DNA from: Eledone cirrhosa | Lineage: Eukaryota | Length of the DNA stretch: 64,000 bases | Direction of reading: 5' to 3' | NCBI GenBank assembly: GCA_964016885.1 | Contig: OZ024745.1 | Span: 81,468,001 to 81,532,000 of the forward strand | Part shown: piece after piece, positions 12,761-26,639 of the stretch | How positions within the stretch are numbered: position 1 is the first letter of the stretch | Layout of the letters: the number at the start of each line of letters is the position of its first letter | Notes under the pieces: generated by a model | Seen by the model: the letters and a program-made list of their open reading frames with translations, nothing else | Databases searched by the model: none | What the model was told of the DNA's origin: nothing | Position numbers and translations under genes: made by a program

Positions 12761-14092
12761 TTAATCTTGCTCATCCTTAATTGTTTTTGAATGAGAACTG
12801 TGACACTATATTATAATATATTTAATTTCCAACGAACCAATGAAATATCCAAGTGGTTTCTTGAACTACTAGTCATAAAAGCTAAATTTAGAAAGGGACA
12901 TAATGTATGATGTAATTCGGTGTAAACTGAAAAGGAGACGCGGTGGTTGTGGTTTGAATACTTTTAATCGTATGTTTGTTAGACCAAGGTCGACTTGAGG
13001 TTAAACAACAACAGCAACATGAACTTAGAGTTTTTTAAAGGCTGGTAATATCCCATGTATGCCATAGCGGGATTTTAACTCAAAGTGTTAGAACAAATGC
13101 CATAAGGCATCTCGTCCGACGCTTTAACAATTCATCCAGTTATCTCACTATATCTATTATCCAGATTCTTTGGGCAATAAACCCTTTATTCTCTGACAAC
13201 CTTATACAAAATGAAAATACTATATTATTATTATTTCAAGATTGTAATAAATATTTGGTTGAGGATATCGATGTTCAAAACTTGTATTAAGCGTATAGTT
13301 TTAATTGCAAAGTGACTGGTCCTGTTGGAATAGATTAACAAGCTGAAACATTTCTGTCAGTTCACAACCTTGAGCTGTTTTAATTTCTCTCTTGCATTCT
13401 AGATATTGGAAGGAATGATTGTCAATTAATGTTGTAATTGAGCAGTTCTTTAAATCAACAAAGTATATGTACGATAGCATGATAGCATTCTTTAACAACA
13501 ACAACAATAAAACCTCTTGGTAATGCCAACATTGAATCTAACAGTTCTGTTCGCGTTATAGTGTTTCATTGCGGGTTATACAATATTTGAAGGTAACAAA
13601 CACATGAGAGTGACGAGTCTAATTGAACAACAGTTGTATTGTAAGTTAGTGAGAAGAGAGAGCTGCTTTCTAACGGCTGTTTGTTTATTTTCTTGATAAC
13701 ATCGAGAAATGGAAAGAAATAAGATAAGATGATAATTTGTGCTCTCTAGGGTATTCTTTTTCTTTGGTATTATATGATTTATATTTGCTGGAAAATTCTC
13801 ATCAAACATTACTTACGGAGGAATACTTTTAACTGAGAATTGTAGCCAGTCTAGTCGATAAGATATCGGACTGGCTTCAGAACTTCGACGTTATGTACTC
13901 AGTTGCTTCTGAGTTCAAATATTTCTCTGAAGTCTGTAAGATATGTGCCAACTAAGTAATGAAGGTGATTGAATAAGCTCCAAACTCTATGGCCTTCAGA
14001 CAAAGAAATTTTTATCAGAACAGTAGAGTTGGTTAAACATATTGGATTAAGCAGCTTATGATGTTTGATATGATTATGATAGAAAATAATAA

Positions 14093-14282
14093 ATGTTTCT
14101 ACGTTAGGGACAAGGCCAGCAATTTTGGGAGAAGAGAAAATCGATTAAATCGACCCCAGTGCTTTATTTTATTGACCCCGTAAGGATGAAAGGAAAAGCT
14201 AACCTCGGCGGGATTTGAACTCAAAACGTAAAGGACCGTAACTCCATGCTGCGAAGCATGTTGTCTGACGCTCTACCAACAC
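14093..14282 (-). mobile_element. tRNA-SINE
   Basis: Reverse-complement family core. Confidence 0.85.
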
Positions 14283-14731
14283 TATGAAATAATATTAGAA
14301 ATTAGTGTTTAATATCAGCTTCTAGGTTTCGATTGATTTCATATCGCAAATTTTGTATCGTTTAGTCAAAGAAGGTAGGGCAGCACTTTACAAGGCCTTT
14401 GAAACTGGTAGTAGGGACGGGGGAAGAAGAAGGAAGTTACCCTCAGACTAGAAACCTAGCCCGAATACTAGAGTGAAGGTCACCAAAGGCACTAAAGGAT
14501 CAGGAAGTAGGGTTAAACCAGGTGACGAATTAAAACCACGTGGCGCTAAGTTTTAGCTTAACTCCAAGTCAATCTTCTGTCAGAGTGAAAAGCTGAGGAT
14601 TGACTCAGGTGATATATTCAAGATACTCAAACTAAAAAATGTGTGTGTGCGTGCGTTGATGTTCTCTCTCTTTCACTCATTGCCTCCGTCTCTCTCTCAC
14701 TCCCCATCTCTCATTATTATATGCAAATGGG

Positions 14732-14887
14732 CAGGGCCTCCAAGACAAATTTTGCAAGGCGATACAAAACCCCTTCGGAAAAGATTTTTCTCAAAATGGA
14801 TGTTGTATGGTTGTTGTGGGGCCTTCTTAGCTCTTGGGCCCCGGAACAAAATACCGGCTGGACCCCCCTCCCCTCTCATAGGCCCCG
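14732..14887. mobile_element. hAT-type MITE
   Basis: Ends CAGGGCCT/AGGCCCCG; 8-bp TSD CAAATGGG at 14724-14731 and 14888-14895. Confidence 0.75.
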
Positions 14888-15769
14888 CAAATGGGAGTCC
14901 ACGCGCTGGTTACCCCGCCGTCCCGGTGGACAGATTCCAATATGCAAATACTATCTTGGCCAGCTTCACTTTTTATTCAATCCCTCCATAGACGACAGAA
15001 GTATTAATTTAGTGATGTATCAGAGAACTTATTCAATATGTCTTGGCTTTTATTAAAATTGTGATTATTCAAAACAAATATACCATATGGTGTTGTAGAC
15101 ACCAGTTCAACTATGTTAGCAGATTGCTGCATTTTTGTCCGTGACAAGAACACTTAGCACGGAGACAAGGCTTCAATATTCAAGTCTTTAACAAGGAGAC
15201 TGGCACGCTGTGACTCTTGAATATCTACCTAGTGTGGTACGGATAAACAAACTAACAAGAAAAGGCATCATTTAAAACTAATTCTTATTTGTTTACCTGT
15301 ATGTGTATGTCTATCAGTTTGTAAGAAAGATTGAGAAAGAAAGAGAAGGAAAGAGAGAGATAGAACAAGAGATTGTGTGTATGCATGCGTGTATATCTCT
15401 CTCTATTTCTCTCTCTCTCACTCCCTCTCTCTCTCTCTCTCTCACTCTGTATTTGTCAAGCTTTAACATTTATTTTATGTTAATGAAAATATGTCAGGAA
15501 TGTTCGGATTGTTACACTTCTACTGGTGTCTGTGTTTGTGTGAATGTAGGAAAGAATAAAAGAATAGAGATTTACGGGCTGCTACTAATATTACACAAGT
15601 CTCACAGGTCGGCCATTCAACCCTCACACTTCCACATTATTTCGTCAGTAAACTTATAATTTCCCTCTGAACTAGAAATAGAGAGAGAAAAAACCCAGAA
15701 AAAGAAGATACATTTTGCACCAAATCCTAAATAACATTGTACATACACTCACGCAAACAAACACACACG

Positions 15770-15886
<117 letters not shown>

Positions 15887-16509
15887 TGTGTATGTATGCA
15901 TATATATTTATTATGTACTTATGCTCTGAAAGGCTGTGGATAAAGGAAATAAAAAAATTAAATAGTAACGAAGGAAAATTGAAACCTTGTCACAGACTTA
16001 GATTTCAGATTAATTGCATCTGCTTTAAAGATACGAGCCAACGAATATGTTTCTACATGATCGCCCGAATTGTTAAAAATAATAACCAAATCTCCCTCAA
16101 ATCCCACTGTGCTGTACAATCTTAAAAATAGAAGCACATACTGAATAATGTAATAAGCAAAGGAAAATATTATATAATTAAAAAGCATATATACTCGTTT
16201 TCCATGAAAAACGGTCTACTGTTACTCTTCAGCCTCCATTTTCTCTTCACCGCCGAAAGAGATTGTGTTGGTACTACCTAGAAGGAAGGGTCGTGGCTTC
16301 CTCAGCTTCAGAGATTAAAAAATAAGGTCATCTCCAGTTCATAAGACCCTACAACTCAATTATATTCAAGTACGTAAATATCTTTGAGTGACAATCTGAA
16401 TTCGTGTGAAGAGCTAGCCTGTTTTTTTTTTTAATAAATCTATTTAACCCACAATTTATTACATAAAAATATTGTATTGGTTTCTTGATTTATTTCTGAC
16501 TCCAAATAA

Positions 16510-16556
<47 letters not shown>

Positions 16557-17709
16557 GTTCTTTGTTGTTGTTGCTGTTGTTGTTTTGTAGAGAATTAAAA
16601 ATTTAGTAACTTTTCAAAAAATTATTAGCCGTGTAAGTAAAGGTAATTGGCTTCAATCAGGAATATAAATTCCATTCTAGACCTTGATCCCAGGGGGGTT
16701 AACTTCAAACCAATGGCACACCTCTTGAAACCTTAGGTTATGAATGGTACAGTCGAAGTGCTTGCGTTATTTTTCATTTTGAGTGAAGGACTAGAAGTTC
16801 CTTTTAAAGATTCTTTTCTGTCTTTCTTTTCTATATTATTTCTTATTTTAGTTTTTTCCTTGCCTTAGTGTAGGTTCGAGCTATCAGATATTTTAATATA
16901 TCATATTTTAATATGGTCTTGTTCTTTGTTTATTTGTTTATTTGTTTGAGTCAAAGACAGACTGTTTAAACCATTCCACCAACAGTATAAACGTCGAAAG
17001 TGGAATAGATTTACTCCAACTAGCAATCGAAACCGGATAGTGGACACGGCTTAATAGGAACTTAACCAGAAGCAAATTAGACCTTGGGGCCCCCGGGGCA
17101 GTTCAAGTTATGTGAACCCCTCATAGAATAACTCACACACACACATAAGCAGGAAGGGAGAGAGAGAGGGTGAGAGAGAGAGGGGGAGGGAGAAAGAGAG
17201 AAAAAGACAGCAGAGATTTAAAAGGCAGCTGTAGTTCTGTTTGAAGTGGGTGGTGGCTGCTCGAAGAAGGGGCCCTGTTCGGAGAGGAGAGGGTAGTTTA
17301 TTGAGGCATTGGTCCCTGCCACCCTCGATAAATCCGACCCTGAGTTTAACACCTGATATACAGCGTTTGCTAGATAGGAAAATAATATTCTTCATATACG
17401 CCGTACTTTGTTTCTATGCATTTAGCATTTCTTCAGGCTGTTTTCTTCCTACCTTTTCTAAAGTTCCATTTCTTTATCGTTATTTCTTCTTCTATAATAC
17501 AATTTAAAATAAAACAATATAATCTTTATCTATGCAATAGCTCTCCTTTACTTGACTAAAAAACAATAATTATAAAGCAATAGCCTCCAGCGTGTTGACA
17601 GAAAATGTGTGCATGAGTTAAATTGAATTGAAATTCCTTTGAGACAGAATATGCGATCAAATTTTATCGAGAAAATGAGCCAAAGTGTTACTGGACCGGA
17701 ATGGTGTAA

Positions 17710-17803
17710 ATTTACACACACACACACGTACACAAATTCACATTCTCCTACATTTACCCACACAAATACATACACACAGATACAAATTCACATACGCACA
17801 ATT

Positions 17804-17844
<41 letters not shown>

Positions 17845-18025
17845 TATATCAATGCATGTGTGTATGTGAATTTGTATGTGTCAGCATGCATATGCTTGTG
17901 TGTGTGTGTGTGTGTGTGTGTGAATATGCATGTGTGCGTATGTGAATTTGTATCTGTGTGTATGTATTTGTGTGGGTAAATGTAGGAGAATGTGAATTTG
18001 TGTGCGTGTATGTGTGTGTGTAAAT
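17710..18025. repeat. Inverted repeat, ~90-bp arms, CA/TG-rich
   Basis: 17710-17800 is the reverse complement of ~17932-18025. Confidence 0.8.
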
Positions 18026-18244
18026 GTGTATGCGTATATGCGTATATACACGGGCGGTGGAACTGGGGCGGGGGCAAGGGGCCATTCCCCCTCGCCCAAT
18101 AATTCTATTTTTCTCCCCAAACTACCAAAAGACATAACTATTTGTATATACGCTACAATGTATGTACATGTTATGAAGAGACAGATGAGAGAGAGATATA
18201 TACATATATAGAGGAGGAGAGTTTGGTGTAAATTGATATATAAA

Positions 18245-18510
18245 TTTCTATTTATTTGCCACCAGGGTATAAAAGATTGGAACAAATACAAAGTAGGAGT
18301 TTACATACATTTAAAAAGACGTGTAAAAACATATAACAAATTAAATTTAACATTCGATGTCATCAATTGGGAGGGGGCGTTGACGTGGGGTCGCACACAC
18401 CCCCGAAAAAATGTGCAACCCTCCTCTTCAGGAGCACAAAGAGCGGGTGCTCCCTTCCTCTCCTCCTTCTTCTCCTCTCTCACCTACAGGCTGATATAGA
18501 GAGAAGGCCC
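18245..18510 (-). mobile_element. 5'-truncated Tx1 subfamily B copy (last ORF2 codons plus 3'UTR)
   Basis: Matches 18627-18891 with scattered differences; minisatellite sequence on both sides. Confidence 0.92.
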
Positions 18511-18864
18511 ATATAGAGAGGAAAGTCGGGAGAGTGTGTTGTATATTAGATATAGAGAGGGGGAGAGATTGATGTTTATTGATATAGAGAGGGGGTTGGA
18601 AGAGAGTACCCTGTAATAGATATATATTTCTATATATTTGCCACCAGGGCATCAAAGATTGGGACAAATACAAAGGGGGGAGTTTACATACATTTAAAAA
18701 GACGTGTAAAAACATATAACAAACTAAATTTAACAATCGATGTCCTCAATAGGGAGGGGCGTTGACATGGGTCGCACACACCCCCGAAAAAATGTGCAAC
18801 CCTCCTCTACAGCAGCACAAAGAGCGGGTGCTTCCTTCCTCTTCTCATTCTTCTCCTCTCTCAC

Positions 18865-21800
18865 CTACAGGCTGATATAGAGAGAAGGCCCATTCACTCG
18901 GGCCATTCTCGCTACTTTCACCCATCTTTCATAAAACTTGCTGGGGTAGAGCACCTCTCTCTCCATTCTGATCCTTCTTCTAAAGTGGTACTTGAAAAAA
19001 AAGACCAGTTGTTGGCCGTAGAGAAAGGTGTCTGACCTCAGCCCTTTCAACCTTGTACACCATACAACTTCTTTCGCCATAGCTATCACACAGAGGAAAA
19101 CCGCCTCTCCTTCGTTTTTGAATGGGGAGGCGGTTTGATTGTGACAATGTTCTCGGTGGTCAACCGGATTGGTCCCACCCGCAACAGTAGTCGTTCTACA
19201 TAGCCCCACAGGTCAGCAACGCCCGGGAAGTGTACGAATGCGTGTGCGACGGTTTCCTCGTTACGCACGCATCTTGGACAGATCTTCTTCGAGGGGTCCC
19301 TACCCGGGCGCCCGTGTCTGTAGAGCTTGTCCCGAACGGGTAGAGATCCTCGGTAACATTGCCAAGCCAGGGACTTTTGGAAGTTGTCCATCGGTCCCGG
19401 GCCAAACGTCCTACCGAACAGACTGGCCAGCTCGTCTTCCTCCATGCCCAGAGCCTCTCCGAGAGCGTCGTCGCACTTACTGCGCACCAACCCTCTATAG
19501 AATGTTGAGGTTGAGTCTCCACTGATTGCTGGATCCGCTTGCCAGAGGGCCGTGAGCGCCTGGGCACATTCAATGTGCCAGTCGCCCACTTTTCTCGGTC
19601 TTTGCTTGACCCAGGATTGCAGCTCGGTGAGTGAGACGAGTCTCGGAAAGGCTCGCCTCACAGACAGGGCCCACACCGGCTAACCGGTGAGGAATACCTG
19701 GAGGTGCCGTAGCCTTAATGCGTGTCTACGCATCGTCAGCCACGACATCCCCAGCCCTCCGTTCGAAGGGTGTTGACAGCAGATGGATCTTCTCACCAAA
19801 GGAGCCTGCTTCTTCCAAAGAAATCAGAAGAGCGCGCGCTCCATTTTGGCGAGTGTTTTCTCTGGGCAAGGCACGACGGTCAAGCGGTAGTAGATGACGG
19901 ACGCTATATAAGCGTTCGCCATCTCCGCTCGACCTTTCAGGGATAGTTTGCACTCGGCCCACTTCTGGGCGAGTGCAAAGACCTTTCCCGTTACCTCGTC
20001 CCAGTTTTTCTCCACCTGGAGGTCCGGCCGAACCAGACCCCGAGCAGCTTCACCGGTCCCTCCGTCCAGCGTCCGACGATGCCGTCGGACGGCATCGTTT
20101 TGCCCCTCCACGTCCCGAGTTGCAAACCGACGGACTTGTCTCGAGTTGCAAACCGACGGACTTGTCCCGGTTCAGCTTGGCTCCTGTGAACCTTTCATAT
20201 TCCTCCAGTAAGGTGCCGATCTGCCCGATTTCCGAGGCGCACGACACCATTACTGTCACGTCATCGGCGTAGGCCGACACCGCTTTCCGCAATCCCGGTT
20301 CCAAGGGGATGCCCTGCAACAGCTCCAGCTTCCTCAGTAGTGGCTCGAGAGCCAGCATATACAGGAGGGAGGAGAGAGGGCATCCCTGTCGGATGGATCG
20401 CGTGATTTGGAACGGCTCCGAGAGGTAGCCGTTCACCTTGACCCTCGAGCAGGTGTTGTTGCTGTGCATTGCAGCAATCCAACCTCTGAAAACGGGTCCG
20501 AAGCCTGCCGCCGCGAGCACCGCATCCAGGTACCGATGGTCAACCTTATCGAACGCTTTAGATTGATCCAAGTTGACAGGGCCCCACCAAAGCCGGGTTC
20601 GTTCCCTACCCTCTCTACGATGTATCGCAAGTGGTGGAGGTTGTCGTGTATGGACCTGGACGGGATTGCGCATGTCTGCGCTTCTCCCACCAGGTTCCCT
20701 AAGACAAGCGCCAACCTCTTCGCTAACACCTTGGCCAAAATCTTTAACTCTGTGTTTAGCAGAGTTATGGGCCTGAAGTTATCTATGTCATCCCCCTTGT
20801 TCTCGTCCTTCCTCACCAGCGTGACTACGCCCTTGGTCACAGAACTGGGAATTCTCCCGTTCTGTTGCCAGTTGCAGTAGACCGCCTCGAGGAGACCGGA
20901 GAACAAGCCCGGCATCGCTACATAAAGTTCGTATGGTAGACCATCGAGACCCGGAGATTTGCGTTTGCCGCATTGGCTCAGCGCTTCCCCTATTTCAGCG
21001 GCTGAAATCGGCCTCTCGCAGGACTTCGCCTCCCCGTCCGAGAGCCGCGCCAGACCGTCGAGATATGGACCGATATCCATGGCCCCACCCGGCCCGCCGC
21101 CGCTCCCGAACAGTCGTGCAAAGCGCCGTTGAAAGGCCGCGCTCATCCGCTCAGGTTCAAGGATCACGCGTCCATCCTGGTCCTTCAAAGACCGAATCGT
21201 GGACTTGTTTCCACTTTTTGCTTCTGTCACACGGGCCCAGCTAACAGCTTTGGCTCCCTCGTTACCCAGAGCACGTATTTTACTCCTGACAACGCAGCCC
21301 TCGTGCTTCGCATCAAAGAACTGGTCTAGGGCCGTTCTTGACGCCAGCACGCCGGCCACGTTTCCACTCCTAATCGCCTCTTCTACTCTATTTGTTAATT
21401 CCTTTTCAGTTCTATTCCTATCTGATGCTAATTCCCGACTAAAACCTATCGATTCTATTCTAATTTCTCTCTTGAGAGAGCCCCACCACCTGTTGTTGAC
21501 AATTGCCCCCGTCAAACGCTGCTTAACTAGTGTGCTAATCCGCTTACTGTAAGCTTTGTTTGTCGGTAAAGACAAGTTTAGCTTCCAGTAAACGGGTCCC
21601 TGTCTATGAGTTCTATCAAGGTTGACCACTCCGGTCAACAACTTGTGATTCGAATAGTCAACCATGAACATTCGTGGACAGCTTAATATTTCCCTATCCT
21701 TATTTCTAACTAGGATCCTATCTAAGTACGACCTGGATGTTCCGCTGCGATTACTCCACGTCCACCGTGGCACAGTCGGAAAATCCAGTCGATATCTATC

Positions 21801-22325
21801 GGCCAGATCAAATCGGCCGATTAATCGTTTGAGGCTGTTACACCCCCCTCTATCGGGACATGCCCCTACATAGTCCCAACGTGCATCCAGGATACCATTC
21901 CGGTCCCCCACTAAAAGCAAGGAGCGAGACGTTCCCAGGAAATTCTCCAGGCGTCGGAAGAAGTCCGGTCGCGGTGTCCCAGATGGGGCATACGCTGCCA
22001 CCAGCCTGAAAGCTCCACCTTCACCACTGCCGACGTCTAAAACCACCAGTCGACCCTCCGGGTCCAGGTGTACCTTCTGTGTGGCAAGACCCAGGTATTT
22101 TCGCAGCAGAACGACAACCCCACCCCCACCCCTCGGCTGACAGAGAGATGCGTAGATCTCAAAGTCGTCGAAGATGGGGGCCAGTTGGCGCTCGCTGCTG
22201 ATCCTAGACTCGCAAATAACCATTACATCCACTCTGTGCGACCTGAGGTCATTTAAGAGTTTGCCCTGTTTCCAGGATATCCCCAAGCCGCGTGCATTCA
22301 CACATCCAACTCTTATATTGGCCAT
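18865..22325 (-). pseudogene. ORF2p APE-RT-CCHC with several frameshifts and stops
   Basis: ORF pieces 20433-22325, 20050-20673, 19824-20111, 19086-19676 and 18865-19209; ~21-bp internal duplication at ~20116-20167. Confidence 0.92.
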
Positions 22326-22367
22326 GTTGGTGCTGAAGAGGTAAAAAGGAAGAGGAAAGGAAATTAC

Positions 22368-24219
22368 TTACCTCTTCGTCTCCTGGGGACCAGGCTGCAC
22401 AATTTCCATGGGGGTGTTGGAAGGGTTGTTTGGTGGGGTGGTGGTTTGTGGTGGGGTGAGGACATCAGTGTGTGGTGGGATTAGGGTGTTTGGTGGGGTG
22501 TGGGTGTCTGGTGTGTGGGTGGGGAAACATCTCAATAGGATGCTGTTATGTGGTTTGGTGCAGTTGGTCCCCACATGCATTGGATAGTTCTTTTTCAAAG
22601 TTACATAGGTTTCCGTTGGGACCCTAATCATCATTAGGTGCGGTTTGTTCGCTGCATAGGTGAAAGTGATCCCTTCGGTTTCCACCGAAGGGTTATATTC
22701 TCTCGCTTTCATCAACGTTTTATTGTTCTTGTTAATGTATGTATAGAGTTTTTGTTGTGTTGTGTTTGTTTTTGTTTGTTGTTCTTGTGCGTGTTTGCGA
22801 TTTGTAGTACGTGTTATGTTTTGGGGAGGGGTGGGTTTTTTTATTTGTGATGTTTGTTCTGTTTGTGCTGGTGGTTGTGTGTTTGTGGCATTTTTGTTAA
22901 TGTGGTGCCTTTTTGTTTCCTTTTCACCTGTTGAAAGGGTTCTTCCTCGTCGTCACTGGGTGACGTTGATACGGAGTCCTCTTCCGTGTTGTTGGGGAGG
23001 GGTATATTTTGGGGTTTTGTTGTGGTTGCTTTTGTATTTGTTTTAGGTGGGGAGGGGTTGGGTGGAACAGTGTTTTGTGTTGTTATTTTTCCGTGTTGTT
23101 GTGGTTGTTGTTGTGGTTGTTGTTGTGGTGGTGGTGGTGGTGGTGATGGTGGTGGTGGTGGTGGTGGTGGTGGTGGTGGTGGTTGTGTTGTTGCGTTGGG
23201 GGTTGGCAGAAGAGCCTTTCTTTTTTGACTCGTTAATTGAGGACAGGCAGCCCTCAGGTGACCCCTGCTTAAGCAGTGGTAACATGACGGCCGCCTTCCC
23301 TCCACTGAAATGTTTATATAAGTTATCCCGTCCAGAGGCACGCGTTGTGGGATATTCGCGATTCGTTCTGGGCTCATTTGCACCAGAACTTCTACGGTGG
23401 TCCCACCAAATACACCTCCGGAGGACTTTCCTATTGAAATTATCTTATCCTATTGAAAGTTAATGATTCCACATAGTATCCACCAAATATTTACATTTGG
23501 TGTGATACTCATGATTTTTATTCTTTGTGTCCTTTTTCCCCTGTATGTGGGGAAACAGGTGAAGCGGGACGACACAATGGGCGATACCGAGTACTTTTGA
23601 GCTGTTGACTGGTTGTTCATTAGCACCGAAATTCTACCAAACAGTTTACCTTTTTGTATGAAGGTTAAGTCCTTCATTGCATCTTTTAGAACCAGCTCAA
23701 TTTCATTTTGTGATAATTGAGCTGGTTTTCTTGTTTCGTTCGATATTGTCCTGAAAACCACAGTTTTTAGGACAGCCTTTCTACGTAATTCCTGTGGAGA
23801 ATTGATGCTAAAAGCACCGTTTTCGCCAAAAGTCACGAATTGTTTTGCGTCTTGTAATAGTTGTTTAGCATTTGTTATGTCTATTGGCGTGTATAGTTCG
23901 TTTTTTTTACAGTCTGTGCGAATGTTGTTTTGGTGTTGTCTTTTTTGTTGCTGCTGTTGTTGTCACTGTTGGTAATATTGTTCATGTTTTCCTTGGTGTT
24001 GCTATTGTTGCAGTTGTTGGTTGTGGTGTTATTGTCATTGTTCTTGTTGTTGGTGCTGGTATTATTAACCGGGTTTGGTTTCGTGGTTTCAATATTTTCA
24101 ACGTTTTTCGATAATGCGAGGGGGGAAGGCTGCAAGCTTTGTACTCCTACCTTCCCTCGACCACTTTTCTTAGCGGGCGTGGCACTCACGACAGTGTGCG
24201 AGGTTGAAATGGCATCCAT
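22368..24219 (-). pseudogene. ORF1p, frameshifted
   Basis: CYHCLSRGHLRAAC knuckle, poly-Pro from (CCA)n, C-terminus PMEIVQPGPQETKR. Confidence 0.88.
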
Positions 24220-24423
24220 TGCTGATACCAAGTCTACACAGTTTTGAGATGAAAATGAAAATTTCGCCCCAGAAAGGGGCGAAAATTTGTTGACTCAACG
24301 TCTGAAGGCCCAGGCAAGGGGTTAAACTAAACAATGCTATTAAATTGAGCAATGAACTCACAGTTTTTTTGACAATAATCCGTAAAAATCCGGAGCGAAG
24401 TAATTCACGTCTATATCAAGTGG

Positions 24424-25165
24424 TAATTGATATAGAGAGGGGTGTTGAGAGAGTGTGTTGTATATTAGATATAGAGAGGGGGAGAGATCGATGTTTATTG
24501 ATATAGAGAGGGGGTTGGAAGAGAGAACCGTGTAGTAGATATATATAGAGAGAGAGTTTGGGGTTACTTAATATAGAGATGGGGAGAGTTTGGTGTTAAT
24601 TGATATAGAGAGGGGGATTGGAAGAGAATCCCATGTAGTAGATATAGAGGGGGAGAGTTTGGTGTTACTTGATATAGAGAGAGGGATTGGAAGAGAGTCC
24701 CGTGTAGTAGATATAGAGAGAAGGAGGGTTTGGTGTTAATTTATATAGAGAGGGATATTGGAAGAACGTTCCGCGTAGTAGATATAGAGAGGGGAAGGGT
24801 TTGGTGTTACTTGATATAGAGAGGAGGATTTGAAGAGATTTGCGTGTAGTAGATATAGAGAGGGGGATTGGAAGAGAGTACCGTGTTGTAGATATAGAGA
24901 GGGGGAAATTTGGTGGTAATTAATATAGAGAGGAGGGTTGCGAGAGTCTGTTGTAGAAAGGAGAATTTAGGAGGGACTGATATACAGAGGCGGATTGGGA
25001 GAGATACGTGTAGATATTTATACAGTGTGAGAGAGTGTATTAGTCTTAGATATAGAGAGTGGGATAAGAGAGGCGGTGTCGTGGTAGAGTTTGTTTTTTG
25101 AGATACAGAGGGGGGGTTAAAAGAGAGTTTTGTGTGATAGACATAGAGAAGAGGAGCGTTTGGAA
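24424..25165. repeat. ~60-bp minisatellite made of two ~30-bp GATATAGAGAGGGG subunits
   Basis: Recurring GATATAGAGAGGGGGATTGGAAGAGAGTCCCGTGTAGTA-GATATAGAGAGGGGAGAGTTTGGTGTTAATT; also at 18190-18243, 18511-18626, 47771-48010 and 53685-53805. Confidence 0.92.
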
Positions 25166-25166
25166 T

Positions 25167-25501
25167 CACTCTCGGGTCCCAAATAATATGAGGGGTGGCA
25201 ATAATGGGTGGGGACATTTGAGAAATCAGTAATTGTAAAGTGTTCGTTCGTAAATATGGGATTTCTTGTAATGTTTTTCTTTTGTCATATATAATGTTTT
25301 TTAATGTAAAATAAAATTATTATTAGATTTTCCAGCTTCTGTATCAATATGAATCACTTACAATAACATTTCACCGGAGATAGATTAGCAAAATTTAATA
25401 AGCGGGTGGAGTGAGGTGGGACAGAAATAAAACCCTGGGTGTGGGGAATCTGACAAATTAATAAGCGGTGGGTGGGGATGAATATTCAAGACCTGAAAGT
25501 A
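25167..25501 (-). mobile_element. MITE-like repeat adjoining the minisatellite
   Basis: Imperfect inverted ends TACTTTCAGGTCTTGAATA / ATTATTTGGGACCCGAGAGT; homologous to 47405-47770 and 53806-54125. Confidence 0.75.
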
Positions 25502-25827
25502 CGTAAATTATATATAGAAGATGAATAAATTGGGTATAATACCAGTTTCTTACCAAATGCGAAGAAGCTCGATATATTAACCCCCATAGGAAAGGGCACA
25601 GAGCATAATTTTTTAAAACTATATATATACAGTGTCGGTGGAACTAGCGGGAGAAGGCATGCCCCCTCCAATAATTATATTTTCTCCCCAAACTACCAAA
25701 ACACACATCTATCTGTATATGCGCTACAATTTATGTACATGTTATGTTTATCGCATATCGAGGTTTTCTGACTATTTTCTAAAATGGTCAGAAAACTTCG
25801 TGTGCGAAGAGCTAAACTAATCACTAC

Positions 25828-26009
25828 AACCTCTAAAACCCAAACGGGGAGTACCATGAAAAAAGGGCCCCTAAGCGGGGAGAAAAGAGGAAACTGGGAG
25901 ATTTTACATAATGAAAGCTATACCCATTTTCACAAGAGAAGACGTCTCTCACCCACCGCTAAATAGGTGGGAGATCTCCCTGTCGGACGGGGCGGGTTGA
26001 CAGGTCTGG
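25828..26009 (-). mobile_element. Truncated copy of the hAT-like MITE at 35688-35862
   Basis: Reverse-complement similarity; one end TTGACAGGTCTG. Confidence 0.7.
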
Positions 26010-26038
26010 TGTGTGTGTATTTATGTGTATTATTTTAC

Positions 26039-26253
26039 ATTGGCAGTATCGGTAGAGCGTCGGACACCATGCTTCGTGGCATAGAGTTACGACCCTTTAC
26101 GTTCTGAGTTCAAATCCCGCCGAGGTTAGCTTTGCCTTTCATCCTTACGGGATCGATAAAATAAAGCACCAGTAATGCATTGGGGTCTATTTAATCGACT
26201 TTCCATTCTCCTTCAAATTGCTGACCTTGTGTCTAAATCAGAAACTATTATTT
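26039..26253 (+). mobile_element. tRNA-SINE, long variant
   Basis: Boxes A and B plus family core. Confidence 0.88.
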
Positions 26254-26544
26254 TACAGCTTACGAAACAAATAGATGAACTACAATATTATTTAAATGCC
26301 CTTTAAATAATATTATTTGTAGAGAAAACAACAACTAAATGTTGAGATATCTGTATTTCATTTTATTGTGTTTAGTTGAGTTCATGCCCTACAGATGTGA
26401 ATCATTAAGAGAAATGAATATCACACTGGATATTGACCTAGGAATAGATTCTGCGCAATAGGAAACTTTTGTTTGTCTTAAAAAATACTTCCACTTCAGT
26501 TGAATTGAGAAACTTAAATTTAACTCCGTATAAATCTATCTATG

Positions 26545-26637
<93 letters not shown>

Positions 26638-26639
<2 letters not shown>

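Larger units (their letters stand above)
18627..24423 (-). mobile_element. Full-length Tx1 subfamily B (copy 2)
   Basis: ORF1 and ORF2 homologous to copy 1; near-identical to 48011-53684; inserted in the minisatellite. Confidence 0.95.

Noticed and set aside
13301-13809. Possible host exons
   Set aside because: No recognisable protein motif or consistent splice structure; the window could still be intronic.
24424-25165. CRISPR-like repeat-spacer pattern around GATATAGAGAGGGG
   Set aside because: The intervening segments alternate between two recurring types, so it is a minisatellite.
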